From positions 96,001-160,000 of the forward strand of contig CAWDKY010000015.1 in NCBI GenBank assembly GCA_963802945.1: 64,000 nucleotides of DNA. Reading direction: 5' to 3'. Within the stretch, counting starts at the first letter, position 1, and every line of letters starts with the position of its first letter. The notes below the pieces were generated by a model that searched no databases, was not told the origin of the DNA, and was given only the letters and a program-made list of their open reading frames with translations. This document shows, piece after piece, positions 1 to 9,181 of this stretch. This DNA comes from an uncultured delta proteobacterium. Lineage in GTDB: Bacteria; Desulfobacterota; RBG-13-43-22. The position numbers were made by a program, and so were the translations under genes.

Positions 1-183
1 CTCCACTATGCTGTCTGTGACACCTCCACCTTCGGTTAGTTCAGGTTCAAAAAAGACGCACATCTGGATCTTCTTTTCCTCTCTCCGAACGAGATCAATA
101 AATTTATCGCAACGTTTCTCACCACAGAGGCCGCAATTCTTACCTGGTGGTTTCCATAATTGAGCTTTCTTCTTAGCAGCCAT
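1..183 (-). CDS. Fe-S cluster-binding protein, N-terminal part (runs off the window)
   Basis: Manual translation MAAKKKAQLWKPPGKNCGLCGEKRCDKFIDLV...MCVFF; the PGxNCGxCGxxxC...C motif is typical of the PF04060-type FeS domain; GAGGGGAG RBS upstream; absent from the ORF track. Confidence 0.8.
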   Translation of the reverse strand, partial: MAAKKKAQLWKPPGKNCGLCGEKRCDKFIDLVRREEKKIQMCVFFEPELTEGGGVTDSIVE

Positions 184-315
184 CTCTCCCCTCATTATGT
201 ATATCTGATTTTTATACAACAACGCCCGATGTTGAGAGGTCAGGTTTTGTATTACTGAAAATATTATTAAATTTTTCCCTGAGTATTATGACAACATCAA
301 GACCAACGCATTAAA

Positions 316-338
316 AATTACCTTACCTAAGGATAATT
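316..338 (-). promoter_or_regulatory. SECIS-like hairpin (alternatively a terminator)
   Basis: Minus strand AATTA-T-CCTT[AGGT]AAGG-TAATT: bulged U and G-containing loop; a T-run follows. Confidence 0.35.
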
Positions 339-474
339 ATTGTCGTCAGCAGCCCGCAGGTACCACATTGGGTTGTCGGGGGCCATTCTGTAGGCAGACC
401 TCTCTCTTGATTTTAGGTATTTCATTTTTTCGATTTTTTCGTCTTCTGATTCTTCTAGCCTTCTTAATCCTCAA
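337..474 (-). CDS. Putative 45-aa basic selenopeptide ending ...PAGC-U-RQ
   Basis: TTG start at 474, in-frame TGA at 348-346 directly after GC, TAA at 339-337; hairpin with AGGT loop 17 nt after the TGA; weak RBS. Confidence 0.35.
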
Positions 475-611
475 TCAATTTCAACCTTAGCATGGTTATG
501 TTTAAGTATTACTACTATTACTATCGTTTTAATAGTATATAAACGTACCGACCATTCTTGTCAAGAAAAATTTTACAAAAACCAATCCCGTCAGGGATAA
601 AGTTCGATTGT

Positions 612-1313
612 TTATTTTTTTTCAGTTGAAGGGGAGTTAATAGTGATCGTTATCGGGCGGGACAATTTAAAGACCAGTTCCGTGCCGGCCTTAAGGAATA
701 AATTCTCTTTCCCGGTTACATAGGCAAATACCCCACCAATTACTGCTCCCAGGCTCATTCCCACCAAGGCCCCGGGTATTTGCCCAAAGAGAATACCCGC
801 ACCGGCCCCCAGGATGGCCACGCCTCCAATCAGACCCATATTATGCAAAAGATGCGCCCGGCCTGTCTTTTGAAAAGGTTCGGTGGTCAGCAGATAAGTA
901 GTTTGATCGAGCATAAAAATCCGCACTAATCGAAGTTCGATTAAAGCCATGCCGCTAAGATATCCCGACTCAATAGAACGGGAAATTACACCGAGCAATG
1001 GGACCCCTTCCGGGATCAAGGTCTTACTTCCGAGCATAATCGGCTCTTTGAGGGTGGCAAAAAAAGATTGGCCGTTTCGATGGGTGGATGTACGGATAGA
1101 CTGATTTAATTGGACTTTGAATAGGGTTCCTGCAGGAATGGTTACCCGGATGGGTTCGGGTATCGGCGGGGTGGGTTGCTGGGATGGTGTCGTTTGGGGT
1201 GCCTTTCCTTGGTTGGAACCCATGGCCATAAGGGCCGGAGCCTCTACCCATAAGGCAAAAAACATTAAAAGAAAAATCAAAAAAAATGCCCTTTTCATAT
1301 TTGATGATCTCAT
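612..1313 (-). CDS. Exported hypothetical protein with VirB10/TrbI-like beta domain and glycine-zipper segment
   Basis: Signal-like N-terminus (MKRAFFLIFLL, likely start 1298), Pro-rich linker, IPAGT...IPEG motifs, GxxxG-rich hydrophobic stretch. Confidence 0.6.
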   Translation of the reverse strand: MRSSNMKRAFFLIFLLMFFALWVEAPALMAMGSNQGKAPQTTPSQQPTPPIPEPIRVTIPAGTLFKVQLNQSIRTSTHRNGQSFFATLKEPIMLGSKTLIPEGVPLLGVISRSIESGYLSGMALIELRLVRIFMLDQTTYLLTTEPFQKTGRAHLLHNMGLIGGVAILGAGAGILFGQIPGALVGMSLGAVIGGVFAYVTGKENLFLKAGTELVFKLSRPITITINSPSTEKK

Positions 1314-1325
1314 GAGAAGTCTATC

Positions 1326-2510
1326 CTAAAAACGACCAAGCAATTCTTCAAATAGTTTCAGATGAGCCTGGGCAGCGGCTTGAAAGGTGAATTGTCTGGC
1401 ATAAGGCGGCCCGGCTTTTCCCAAACGATCCTGTAGTTCAGGGTCCTCCATCAATTGTTCCAATGCCTGAGCCAGTTGTTGGGGAGTGTTTTCTTTAAGA
1501 ATGATTCCTTTATCCTTGACTAACTCCGGCATGGCACCCAGGGGGCTGCTGATAACCGGCTTTCCGGCCATCATACCTTCCAGAAGTGTGACTCCCCAGC
1601 CCTCTTCTTCCAAAGAAGCCAAAACCACTACATCGGAAGCTGCATAATAAAGGGGTATCTGGTCCCTGGGAACCAATCCGGCATAACGAAAGTGATCGGT
1701 CAGTCTGTTTTTTTCAATGAATTTTTGCACCTGTTTTTGAGTTCGGTCGTCGGTTACTCCGGTGGCGTTAACCAATAGATTGGGATATCGATCCTTCAAC
1801 AAGCGCAGGGCCTTGAGGACATTCATAATACCTTTATTCAAACGTAACGGGCTGGTGTAAACCACAAAACGGCCGGATAAATTTAATTTTATTTTGGCTT
1901 CTTGCCGGGGAAAAACAGGCCAGTCCTGCCAATCAGCCCCGTTGTGTATTACCGTAATTTTCTCTTTGGAAAAACCTCGGACTAGCAATTTTTCCTGCCA
2001 GAATTCAGAAACCGTTACCACCCAAAACCGTTTGGCCAAATGATCTCCCCAGGTATGGTAAATGGTTTGGAAGGGCTTCCGAAAAGTTTCAGGGGTCATA
2101 AAAAATTTAAACCAGGGAACTTGCCTGAAGAGATGATGGATGACCGCTACGGACACCAGGGGCGCATAGGGACCTTTTTGACAGAGATAATTGACGATAT
2201 TGGATGGTCCTCCGACGGAATAGAGGATGTCATAAGATTCTTGGACTAATTTTTTTAAATGGGCAACGGCGGCCAATCTGGAATGGAAAAAAGATTTAAT
2301 GCGGCCTTTATCCGGCCTTTGGCCAAAGGAAAAGCCAACGGTATGGGAAACGATGCAAAGATTGGACGCCCAGGGAATATCCTGTGGTGGAACCAGGGTA
2401 ATCAAGGTCACATCCACCCCCAAGGCGGCTAATTCTTCGGCCACCCGGGCGACATACCAGTTCCCGCCGGTGGCCAAACCCAATCGATCTCCAATAAAAG
2501 CAACTTTCAT
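1326..2510 (-). CDS. Glycosyltransferase family 4
   Basis: GG motif near N-terminus; EGWGVTLLEGMMAGKPVI GT-B signature. Confidence 0.9.
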   Translation of the reverse strand: MKVAFIGDRLGLATGGNWYVARVAEELAALGVDVTLITLVPPQDIPWASNLCIVSHTVGFSFGQRPDKGRIKSFFHSRLAAVAHLKKLVQESYDILYSVGGPSNIVNYLCQKGPYAPLVSVAVIHHLFRQVPWFKFFMTPETFRKPFQTIYHTWGDHLAKRFWVVTVSEFWQEKLLVRGFSKEKITVIHNGADWQDWPVFPRQEAKIKLNLSGRFVVYTSPLRLNKGIMNVLKALRLLKDRYPNLLVNATGVTDDRTQKQVQKFIEKNRLTDHFRYAGLVPRDQIPLYYAASDVVVLASLEEEGWGVTLLEGMMAGKPVISSPLGAMPELVKDKGIILKENTPQQLAQALEQLMEDPELQDRLGKAGPPYARQFTFQAAAQAHLKLFEELLGRF

Positions 2511-2523
2511 ATGAAAAAGTCCC

Positions 2524-2551
2524 GTGTTCAGTGTTCAGTGTTCAGCGTTGA
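2524..2551. repeat. Heptamer tandem repeat (GTGTTCA)x3 plus one degenerate copy
   Basis: gtgttca gtgttca gtgttca gcgttga, intergenic. Confidence 0.8.
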
Positions 2552-2577
2552 CAGAAAAAATATAATTCTTTACTCCT

Positions 2578-3762
2578 TCAGCCTTCAGCCTTTTTTTCAC
2601 ACATGATCTTTTCAAACACCTCTAAAGTAATTTTGGCCGAGGTTTCCCAGGAAAATTTTTTAGCCTGTTCCAATCCGGCCTTCCGTAATTTTTCAGCCAA
2701 CTCAGGCTCCTGCACCAGACGAAGCATGGCCTTTTGCAAATCCTCCAGGCTATTAGGGTCGACCAATAATCCTGCCTCGCCAACAACCTCGGGCATAGCG
2801 CTTTTTCCGGAAGTGATCACCGGGCACCCGCACTGCATGGCCTCCAGCAGGGGCAGGCCGAATCCTTCATACCAGCTTGGATAAGCCAAAAATGCTGCGG
2901 CGTTGTAAAAAAGGACCCTTTCCGAGTCCGGTACATAGCCTACCCAGTAGACTCGTTGTTTAAGCTCCGGCCTTTCCATCTCCTTAAAGATCGGTTCCCA
3001 TTTCCAACCCTTTTGTCCAACCAGAACCAGGTCATGGGGAATTTGATCTCGTATCCCGGCGAAGGCTTTAAGCAAGGTCAGGATATTCTTTCGAGGCTCC
3101 AGAGTGCCCAGAAACAGGATAAAGGTTTTTTTTAGTCCATGGGTTTCAAGAAATTTTTCTTGGGCTCCGATATCCGATAAGGGCTGAAAATCCTCCTCGG
3201 CCCCATGATAAGCAACCGTTATCTTCTCTTCGGAAACCTTGAAAAGGGTGATCAAATCCTTGCGGGTGGCTTCGGAGACGGCCAAGATATGATCATAACG
3301 CCGCAACATGGCCGGGTAGGCCAGACGGTCCAGCACCTTCTGCATAGGATTGAAAGGAAAAAAATGGGGAAACAAGTATCGGGTCAGATCATGCACGACC
3401 ATTACTGAGGCTACTCCGGCAGGAATACGAAAAGGTCCATAAAGACCAGGAGAAAAAATCAGGTCAAATTGATGGAAGGTCTTAGAAACCTCCCAGAGGA
3501 TCCAGCGGGTTATTCCCATTGGATGGTTAGGCAGGTCGATGATCACTTGCTCAAACTGATCTCTGAAGGATATGGGATGGCGACGATGATCGATCAAGAC
3601 ATAACGATGCTCAGGGGCCTGTTTTTTCATGGCCAGAAGAACCTGATGGAGATAGTGATCTATTCCCGTCTTCTTTTCCCCGATCACCCCGTAAATGATC
3701 CCAATTTTAATGGGCTTTTTGCTCACAAGAAAAAGGTTAGGCCGAGGCCAATGAAAAGTCAA
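2578..3762 (-). CDS. Glycosyltransferase family 4 (MtfB/WbdA-like)
   Basis: HDL motif, LGTLEPRKN, YEGFGLPLLEAMQCGCPVI; likely start GTG 3726. Confidence 0.9.
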   Translation of the reverse strand: MTFHWPRPNLFLVSKKPIKIGIIYGVIGEKKTGIDHYLHQVLLAMKKQAPEHRYVLIDHRRHPISFRDQFEQVIIDLPNHPMGITRWILWEVSKTFHQFDLIFSPGLYGPFRIPAGVASVMVVHDLTRYLFPHFFPFNPMQKVLDRLAYPAMLRRYDHILAVSEATRKDLITLFKVSEEKITVAYHGAEEDFQPLSDIGAQEKFLETHGLKKTFILFLGTLEPRKNILTLLKAFAGIRDQIPHDLVLVGQKGWKWEPIFKEMERPELKQRVYWVGYVPDSERVLFYNAAAFLAYPSWYEGFGLPLLEAMQCGCPVITSGKSAMPEVVGEAGLLVDPNSLEDLQKAMLRLVQEPELAEKLRKAGLEQAKKFSWETSAKITLEVFEKIMCEKKAEG

Positions 3763-4904
3763 TCGGTAATCTTATTTTTTGTTACTTCCTTAAAAACCTC
3801 TAAAATTTTTCGGGCAGAAGTCTCGCCGGAAAATTTTTTGGCCTGCTCCAATCCAGCTTGCCTAAGTTGTTTTACCAAACCAGCGTCTTTAATCATACGC
3901 AACATGGCCTTTTGTAATTCCTCTTCGTTATCCGGATTGACTAAGAGGGCTGCGTCCCCGACTACTTCCGGCATAGAACTGGTGCTGGAGGTGATCACCG
4001 GACAGCCACATTGCATGGCCTCCAACAAAGGCATGCCGAATCCTTCATACCAGCTTGGATAGGCCAAAAATGCTGCGGCATTGTAAAAAAGGACCCTTTC
4101 CGAATCCGGTACATAGCCCACCCAATGGATGCGCTGCTGAAGTTTTTGCCTCCCAATCTCTTTAAAGATGGGATCATACTTCCAACCCTTTTGTCCAACC
4201 AGAACCAGATCATGGGGGATCTGATCCTTTAAACCGGCAAAGGCTCTGATGAGGGTCACTAGGTTCTTTCGGGGTTCCAAGGTACTCAGGAATAAAATGA
4301 AAGGTTTCTTTAAGCCGTACCTTTTAATGCATGGTACTAACGTAGCAGGATTGACTAAGGGTTGAAAGGATTCCTCCGCCCAAGGATAAACCACCGTCAT
4401 CTTTTCCTGGGGGATATTAAAAAGAGTCATCAAATCTTTTTGGGCGGATTTGGAGATGGTTAAGATATGATCATAACGCCGCAACATGGCCGGATAGGCA
4501 AACCGATCCAGGATTTTTTGTACGGGATTAAAAGAAAAAAAACGAGGGAAAAGATATCGGGCAAGATCAGGAACCATCATCACCGACGCTACGTTTGTAG
4601 GGATGCGAACAGGCCCGTAAAGACCAGGGGAATAAATCAAGTCAAATTGATCCAGAATCCTGGGGACCGCCAAAAGATTCCAGCGGGTTAATCTCACGGG
4701 ACGACCTGGCAGATCAATGATCAATTGCTCAAAATGATCCCGGAAGGGACCCTGTTGTCTGCGGTGATCGATCAGGACATATCGATGCTCAGGGGCCAGC
4801 CTTTTCATGGCCAATAGGACCTGATGGAGAAAATGATCCATGCCGGCCTTCTGTTCGCTGATCCCCCCATAAATGACCCCGATTTTTAGAGACTCGCCCG
4901 TCAT
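3759..4904 (-). CDS. Glycosyltransferase family 4 (MtfB/WbdA-like), paralog of the neighbour
   Basis: LSTLEPRKN, YEGFGMPLLEAMQCGCPVI. Confidence 0.9.
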   Translation of the reverse strand: MTGESLKIGVIYGGISEQKAGMDHFLHQVLLAMKRLAPEHRYVLIDHRRQQGPFRDHFEQLIIDLPGRPVRLTRWNLLAVPRILDQFDLIYSPGLYGPVRIPTNVASVMMVPDLARYLFPRFFSFNPVQKILDRFAYPAMLRRYDHILTISKSAQKDLMTLFNIPQEKMTVVYPWAEESFQPLVNPATLVPCIKRYGLKKPFILFLSTLEPRKNLVTLIRAFAGLKDQIPHDLVLVGQKGWKYDPIFKEIGRQKLQQRIHWVGYVPDSERVLFYNAAAFLAYPSWYEGFGMPLLEAMQCGCPVITSSTSSMPEVVGDAALLVNPDNEEELQKAMLRMIKDAGLVKQLRQAGLEQAKKFSGETSARKILEVFKEVTKNKITD

Positions 4905-4925
4905 GACTCAGACAGAAAGAAAAGT

Positions 4926-5582
4926 TCACAGCTTGCCGAGCAATCGGGTAAAAAGGCGTATAGCTGATTCATCCATCTGTTGCAGGGCTTTTTTATTCAA
5001 ACCGGCTCCTTCCACAATTCTTGCCCGCTGGTCCAAAGGGACAATATCTTCCGGTGAATGGGTGTCGGAATTTAAAACCAGGCCGGCCTTGGCCTTTTGG
5101 GCCAGACGAACAACATGCCCGTTGGTCAAGCTGTGCCCTTTCCGGGAAGTGACCTCCAGAAGAACCCCTTTTTCGGCTGCCCGGCGAACCTCGTCCAAGG
5201 TGATTAATCCCGGATGGGCCAGGATATTAACCCCGGCCTCGATGGCCGCCCGGTTGGTTCCTGGAGGCACCGGCTCGGCAATGGTTTCCCCATGAACGAC
5301 GATGAGACGGGCACCAAGTTTTCTGGCCTTGGCGACCAAACCGGCAATCGTCTCCGGTGGGACGTGGGTCAATTCAATCCCCGGGATCACTTTGATAGGC
5401 CAATGGGCATTTATTTCTCGAGCCGCAAAAACGATCCGGGGAACAATGTGATCCAGGTTGGAGACATCGGCGTGATCGGTAATGGCCCAATATTGATAGC
5501 CTTTGACTTCCGCCCTCCTGACCAGTTCCGAAGGAAGGAGGTCCCCATCACTAAGTAGAGAATGCGTATGAAGATCGATCAT
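4926..5582 (-). CDS. PHP-domain protein (histidinol-phosphate phosphatase-like)
   Basis: DLHTHS, TDH, HGET, AHP and SDTH metal-binding motifs. Confidence 0.85.
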   Translation of the reverse strand: MIDLHTHSLLSDGDLLPSELVRRAEVKGYQYWAITDHADVSNLDHIVPRIVFAAREINAHWPIKVIPGIELTHVPPETIAGLVAKARKLGARLIVVHGETIAEPVPPGTNRAAIEAGVNILAHPGLITLDEVRRAAEKGVLLEVTSRKGHSLTNGHVVRLAQKAKAGLVLNSDTHSPEDIVPLDQRARIVEGAGLNKKALQQMDESAIRLFTRLLGKL

Positions 5583-5630
5583 GGTCGTGACTTAGACAGA
5601 AAATCCTTTCTTTTAAATTTAAAGAAGAAC

Positions 5631-5761
5631 AGACCGCCAAACCCTCCCCCGAAACTATCCGCCAGGACATCGCCTAAGGGCGCATCTCGTCCGGGAACAA
5701 ACCATTAGGGGAAAAAATATTACCACCATCCACGGGAGGCCTGGGAGGACAAAACTAGTCT
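5631..5761 (-). ncRNA. Candidate structured intergenic RNA
   Basis: GC-rich intergenic segment whose ends pair, with an internal CCGGAC...CGCC-CTTA-GGCG...GTCCTGG hairpin; no family recognised. Confidence 0.3.
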
Positions 5762-5794
5762 CAGGGAATAGGAAAAATCAGAATGGTCAGCCTC

Positions 5795-6292
5795 TCACAT
5801 TTTATATTTTCCGAAATCATCAGGAGCTAGGGATTCCAGGATTTCCGTCCACTTCTTGCCTTCAGTGGATTTAATTTCTTCTTTGGGCCCCATATCCATG
5901 TCTTTGGATTTCAGAATGACTTGTTCTTCCACATAAATGGGGGCCTCAGTCCGCAAGGCCAGGGCGATGGCATCGCTGGGACGGGCATCCAGGGAAAATT
6001 CCTTGTCCTTGAGAATCATATACATGAGCGCAAAAAAAGTATTGTCCCGAAGATCGCATATTTCGACCTTGGCCAGTTTTATGCCCAGTTGATCCATCAG
6101 ATTCTTCATTAAATCATGGGTCATGGGTCTGGAAAACTTGATATTTTCCAGTTCACTGGCTATGGCCGTGGCTTCCAAAAGGCCTATCCAGATAGGTATG
6201 GACTTGTCCCCCTCCAGATTTTTAAGGATCATGATCGGGCTGTTGGTCAAAGGGTCGATGGTTAACCCGAAAATTTTCATTCGAATAGACAT
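5795..6292 (-). CDS. Bifunctional nuclease family protein (DUF151)
   Basis: IPIWIGLLEA, RPMTHDL, DARPSDAIALALR motifs. Confidence 0.92.
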   Translation of the reverse strand: MSIRMKIFGLTIDPLTNSPIMILKNLEGDKSIPIWIGLLEATAIASELENIKFSRPMTHDLMKNLMDQLGIKLAKVEICDLRDNTFFALMYMILKDKEFSLDARPSDAIALALRTEAPIYVEEQVILKSKDMDMGPKEEIKSTEGKKWTEILESLAPDDFGKYKM

Positions 6293-6348
6293 ATAACCTC
6301 ACTACTCAGTTTTGGATTCGAGATATTTTAAAAGTTGTCGTTTGATCT

Positions 6349-7668
6349 TTATAGTAACACACCTTTTAAGGAATGGATATAAGCCTTTTCAATCCGAACC
6401 GGGACCGTTTTCCCCAACAGATCCGAGGGGCCGGGAAAATTGACAATTTTATTGCTCCGGGTTCTCCCCATCCACTCCTGGGAGGATTTTTTGCTGGTTC
6501 CTTCAACCAATACTGTTTGCACCGTCCCTTCCATGGTCTGATTCTTTGAAAGGGTGACTTTTTTCTGATAGGTCTGAAGCTCCCGTAAACGGCGACTCTT
6601 TTCCTCCTCAGGTACCTGATTTGAAAAATGGGAGGCCGTTGTGTTGGGACGATTCGAATATTTAAAGGAGAACATATCATCCAGTTGAACCGCCCGGATC
6701 AGATCCATAGTCTCATCAAAATCAGCTTCGGTCTCTCCTGGAAACCCCACAATGACATCGCTGGTTATGGCTATGCCCGGGCATTGCTGCCTGAGTTGAG
6801 CAATCTTTTCCAGGTAATCTTCACGGGTATAATGCCGATTCATCTTTTTCAGTGTGCGATTTGAGCCGGCCTGGACAGGGAGATGAATATGTTCGCATAA
6901 ATTTGAAATCCGCCCAAAACAATCGATGAGTTCCGGGGAAAGGTCCTTGGGGTGAGAAGTCGTAAAACGAATCCGGTCCAGCCCGGAAATTTTTTCCAGA
7001 AGATGCAACAAAGAAGCAAAGGTCATTTCCCCCGTCCGATTTTGACCATAGGAATTGACGTTTTGGCCTAAAAGAAGGATCTCTTTGACCCCATTGGCCG
7101 CCAGGGTTTCCACCTCGGAAAGGATTTCCTGACTCGGACGGCTTTCCTCGGGTCCGCGGACAAACGGGACCACGCAATAAGCACAATAATTATTGCAGCC
7201 CTGCATAATGGTCACCGAGGCTTTAAGCCCTGGCGAAAAGTCGGAGGTCATCAACAGGGAATTAAGAGATAGTTCCCCCTGGTCCATATCAATTTGGGAT
7301 AATCGGTTTTTACCCCGTCTGACTTTTTCAATCAGGCCGGGAAGCTGATGGATCATTCGAGTCCCAAAGACCAAATCCAGGTGAGGCACCCTTTCTAATA
7401 GGTGTTCTCCTTCCTGTTGGGCCACACAGCCCCCCACTCCAATAACCAGATCTGGTTTTTGGTTCTTCAACCGTTTAAGTCGTCCTAAAAGGCTATAGGT
7501 TTTTTCCTCTGCTTTTTGGCGAATGCTGCAGGTATTGACCAGAATCAGATCGGCCTCTTCCATCTTCTGGGTAACCTGGTAATCGGCAGAGAGCAAAAGC
7601 TGGGCAATCGTCTGGGAATCTCTTTCGTTCATCTGGCAACCGAAGGTGGCAATATGGACCTGTTTCAT
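6349..7668 (-). CDS. miaB: tRNA (N6-isopentenyl-A37) methylthiotransferase
   Basis: TFGCQMN, NTCSIR, radical SAM CNNYCAYC, C-terminal TRAM domain. Confidence 0.95.
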   Translation of the reverse strand: MKQVHIATFGCQMNERDSQTIAQLLLSADYQVTQKMEEADLILVNTCSIRQKAEEKTYSLLGRLKRLKNQKPDLVIGVGGCVAQQEGEHLLERVPHLDLVFGTRMIHQLPGLIEKVRRGKNRLSQIDMDQGELSLNSLLMTSDFSPGLKASVTIMQGCNNYCAYCVVPFVRGPEESRPSQEILSEVETLAANGVKEILLLGQNVNSYGQNRTGEMTFASLLHLLEKISGLDRIRFTTSHPKDLSPELIDCFGRISNLCEHIHLPVQAGSNRTLKKMNRHYTREDYLEKIAQLRQQCPGIAITSDVIVGFPGETEADFDETMDLIRAVQLDDMFSFKYSNRPNTTASHFSNQVPEEEKSRRLRELQTYQKKVTLSKNQTMEGTVQTVLVEGTSKKSSQEWMGRTRSNKIVNFPGPSDLLGKTVPVRIEKAYIHSLKGVLL

Positions 7669-7701
7669 GAAGATCTTTTCTGCTCTAAAATTTTTTTCTG
7701 G

Positions 7702-7749
7702 TTAAGCCTTCATGCCCGCCTGAGGTGGGCGCCGCGAGGCATCAAAATG
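7702..7749. repeat. About 48-bp palindromic dispersed repeat, copy 1
   Basis: ttaagccttcatgcccgcctgaggtgggcgccgcgaggcatcaaaatg aligns with 22228-22277. Confidence 0.65.
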
Positions 7750-7845
7750 TCGAATATCGAATTACGAATATTGAATATCGAAGTTAGGAAGAAACCAATC
7801 CATTCATGATTTGAAATTCGACGTTTGGAATTCAATATTCGCATT
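7746..7845. repeat. Inverted array of degenerate heptamers (AATATCG-like)
   Basis: Left aatgtcg aatatcg aattacg aatattg aatatcg; right arm of complementary heptamers (ttcgacg tttggaa ttcaata ttcg). Confidence 0.75.
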
Positions 7846-7965
7846 TTTAAATAAATAGTAACGAATTTCTAATGAAATATCAAGGAAGAAACCATCCGAC
7901 AAAATTTCCTTGACTTATTTAAGGAAAAGGATACAAGGGAATAAATTTCGCCGGCAGAGCATGAT

Positions 7966-8634
7966 ATGATCCCCCTCAAGGATGACAACCCGACCCAAAC
8001 CTTTCCTCTGATTACCATCCTTATCATCGGCATCAATATTTTAGTTTATCTCTATCAACTCAGCTTATCGACCGAGGGACTGGAGGCCTTTCTCTTTCGC
8101 TATGGAGCCATTCCTTCCCGGCTATTACACCCTTTCTTTCAAGAAAATGCTCCTCGTCAAACCTTTCCCTTCGAATTGACTATATTCAGCTCCATGTTTC
8201 TTCATGGAGGTTTAATCCATTTACTCGGGAATATGCTTTATCTGTGGATCTTTGGAGACAACGTAGAGGATTACCTGGGTCATATCAAGTTTATCTTTTT
8301 TTACTTGATGGCGGGTTTTTTTGCCGCCTTCATCCATACCCTTTCCGATCTCAACTCCCCCATACCCATGATTGGGGCCAGTGGGGCCATCGCCGGAGTC
8401 CTCGGGGCTTACCTGATCCTTTTCCCCAGAACCAATGTATCAACCCTGTTTATTTTTATTATCTTTTTCAAGATCATCAAAGTCCCGGCTGTTCTGATCC
8501 TTGGGTTGTGGTTTCTGATTCAGCTGTTAAACGCCGGCGCCGGAGGAGGCCCGGTGGCCTGGTATGCTCATGTGGGGGGTTTTCTGACCGGGGTCATTCT
8601 GATACGGACCTTCAAAGCGATCCGCTTAAAGTGA
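7966..8634 (+). CDS. Rhomboid family intramembrane serine protease
   Basis: HLLGNM, GASGA catalytic Ser, AHVGG catalytic His. Confidence 0.93.
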   Translation: MIPLKDDNPTQTFPLITILIIGINILVYLYQLSLSTEGLEAFLFRYGAIPSRLLHPFFQENAPRQTFPFELTIFSSMFLHGGLIHLLGNMLYLWIFGDNVEDYLGHIKFIFFYLMAGFFAAFIHTLSDLNSPIPMIGASGAIAGVLGAYLILFPRTNVSTLFIFIIFFKIIKVPAVLILGLWFLIQLLNAGAGGGPVAWYAHVGGFLTGVILIRTFKAIRLK

Positions 8635-8714
8635 AATAAGAAAAAGATCCAAAGGGTCAAGGGCACTACTTAGAAAGCCAAAAGACCTGAAGGTTTGGGA
8701 GAAAACCACGGGAA

Positions 8715-9164
8715 TTAATTCCGGTCCTTTTCCCTTTTCCTTTCGACTATGCCCTGAATCTCTATTTTCTTCAAATGATCCAAAAGAATTTGATAAGTCC
8801 CTGCCTTGATCTTCCCATAAGCCGTAACTCCTTTTTCCAAAAAAAGATTCATTTGACTGTGATCAGTCAACTCCACTTTGGCGGCTATTCCTTTGGACTC
8901 CGAAGAAAGGGCGATAACCCGGATCTGACTAAAGGGAACAGTTACCCGGCCAGCCCCCAACTTTCCGGTTAAATAGGTTTGGCCGTTGATACTGAATTGG
9001 TTCAGAGCCAGGGTCAGACCTTCGCTGTCGGTAATGACAACCGCAACCTCTTTGTCGGGAACCGGTATCACCCCGGGTTTCCCCGGTTGGCCCATGTTAC
9101 CCATACCCAATAAAAATAATGCTGCCACCATAATACTGGCCAGGCCGAATCGAGACTTCATCAT
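8715..9164 (-). CDS. Hypothetical exported protein
   Basis: ORF with signal-like N-terminus (MMKSRFGLASIMVAALFLLG); start placed at ATG 9164. Confidence 0.65.
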   Translation of the reverse strand: MMKSRFGLASIMVAALFLLGMGNMGQPGKPGVIPVPDKEVAVVITDSEGLTLALNQFSINGQTYLTGKLGAGRVTVPFSQIRVIALSSESKGIAAKVELTDHSQMNLFLEKGVTAYGKIKAGTYQILLDHLKKIEIQGIVERKREKDRN

Positions 9165-9181
9165 TCTTTTTCCTTTCCCTT

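Noticed and set aside
267-311. Tiny minus-strand ORF MRWS-TGA-CCHNTQGKI
   Set aside because: Only 14 codons and no SECIS-like hairpin after the TGA; probably chance.
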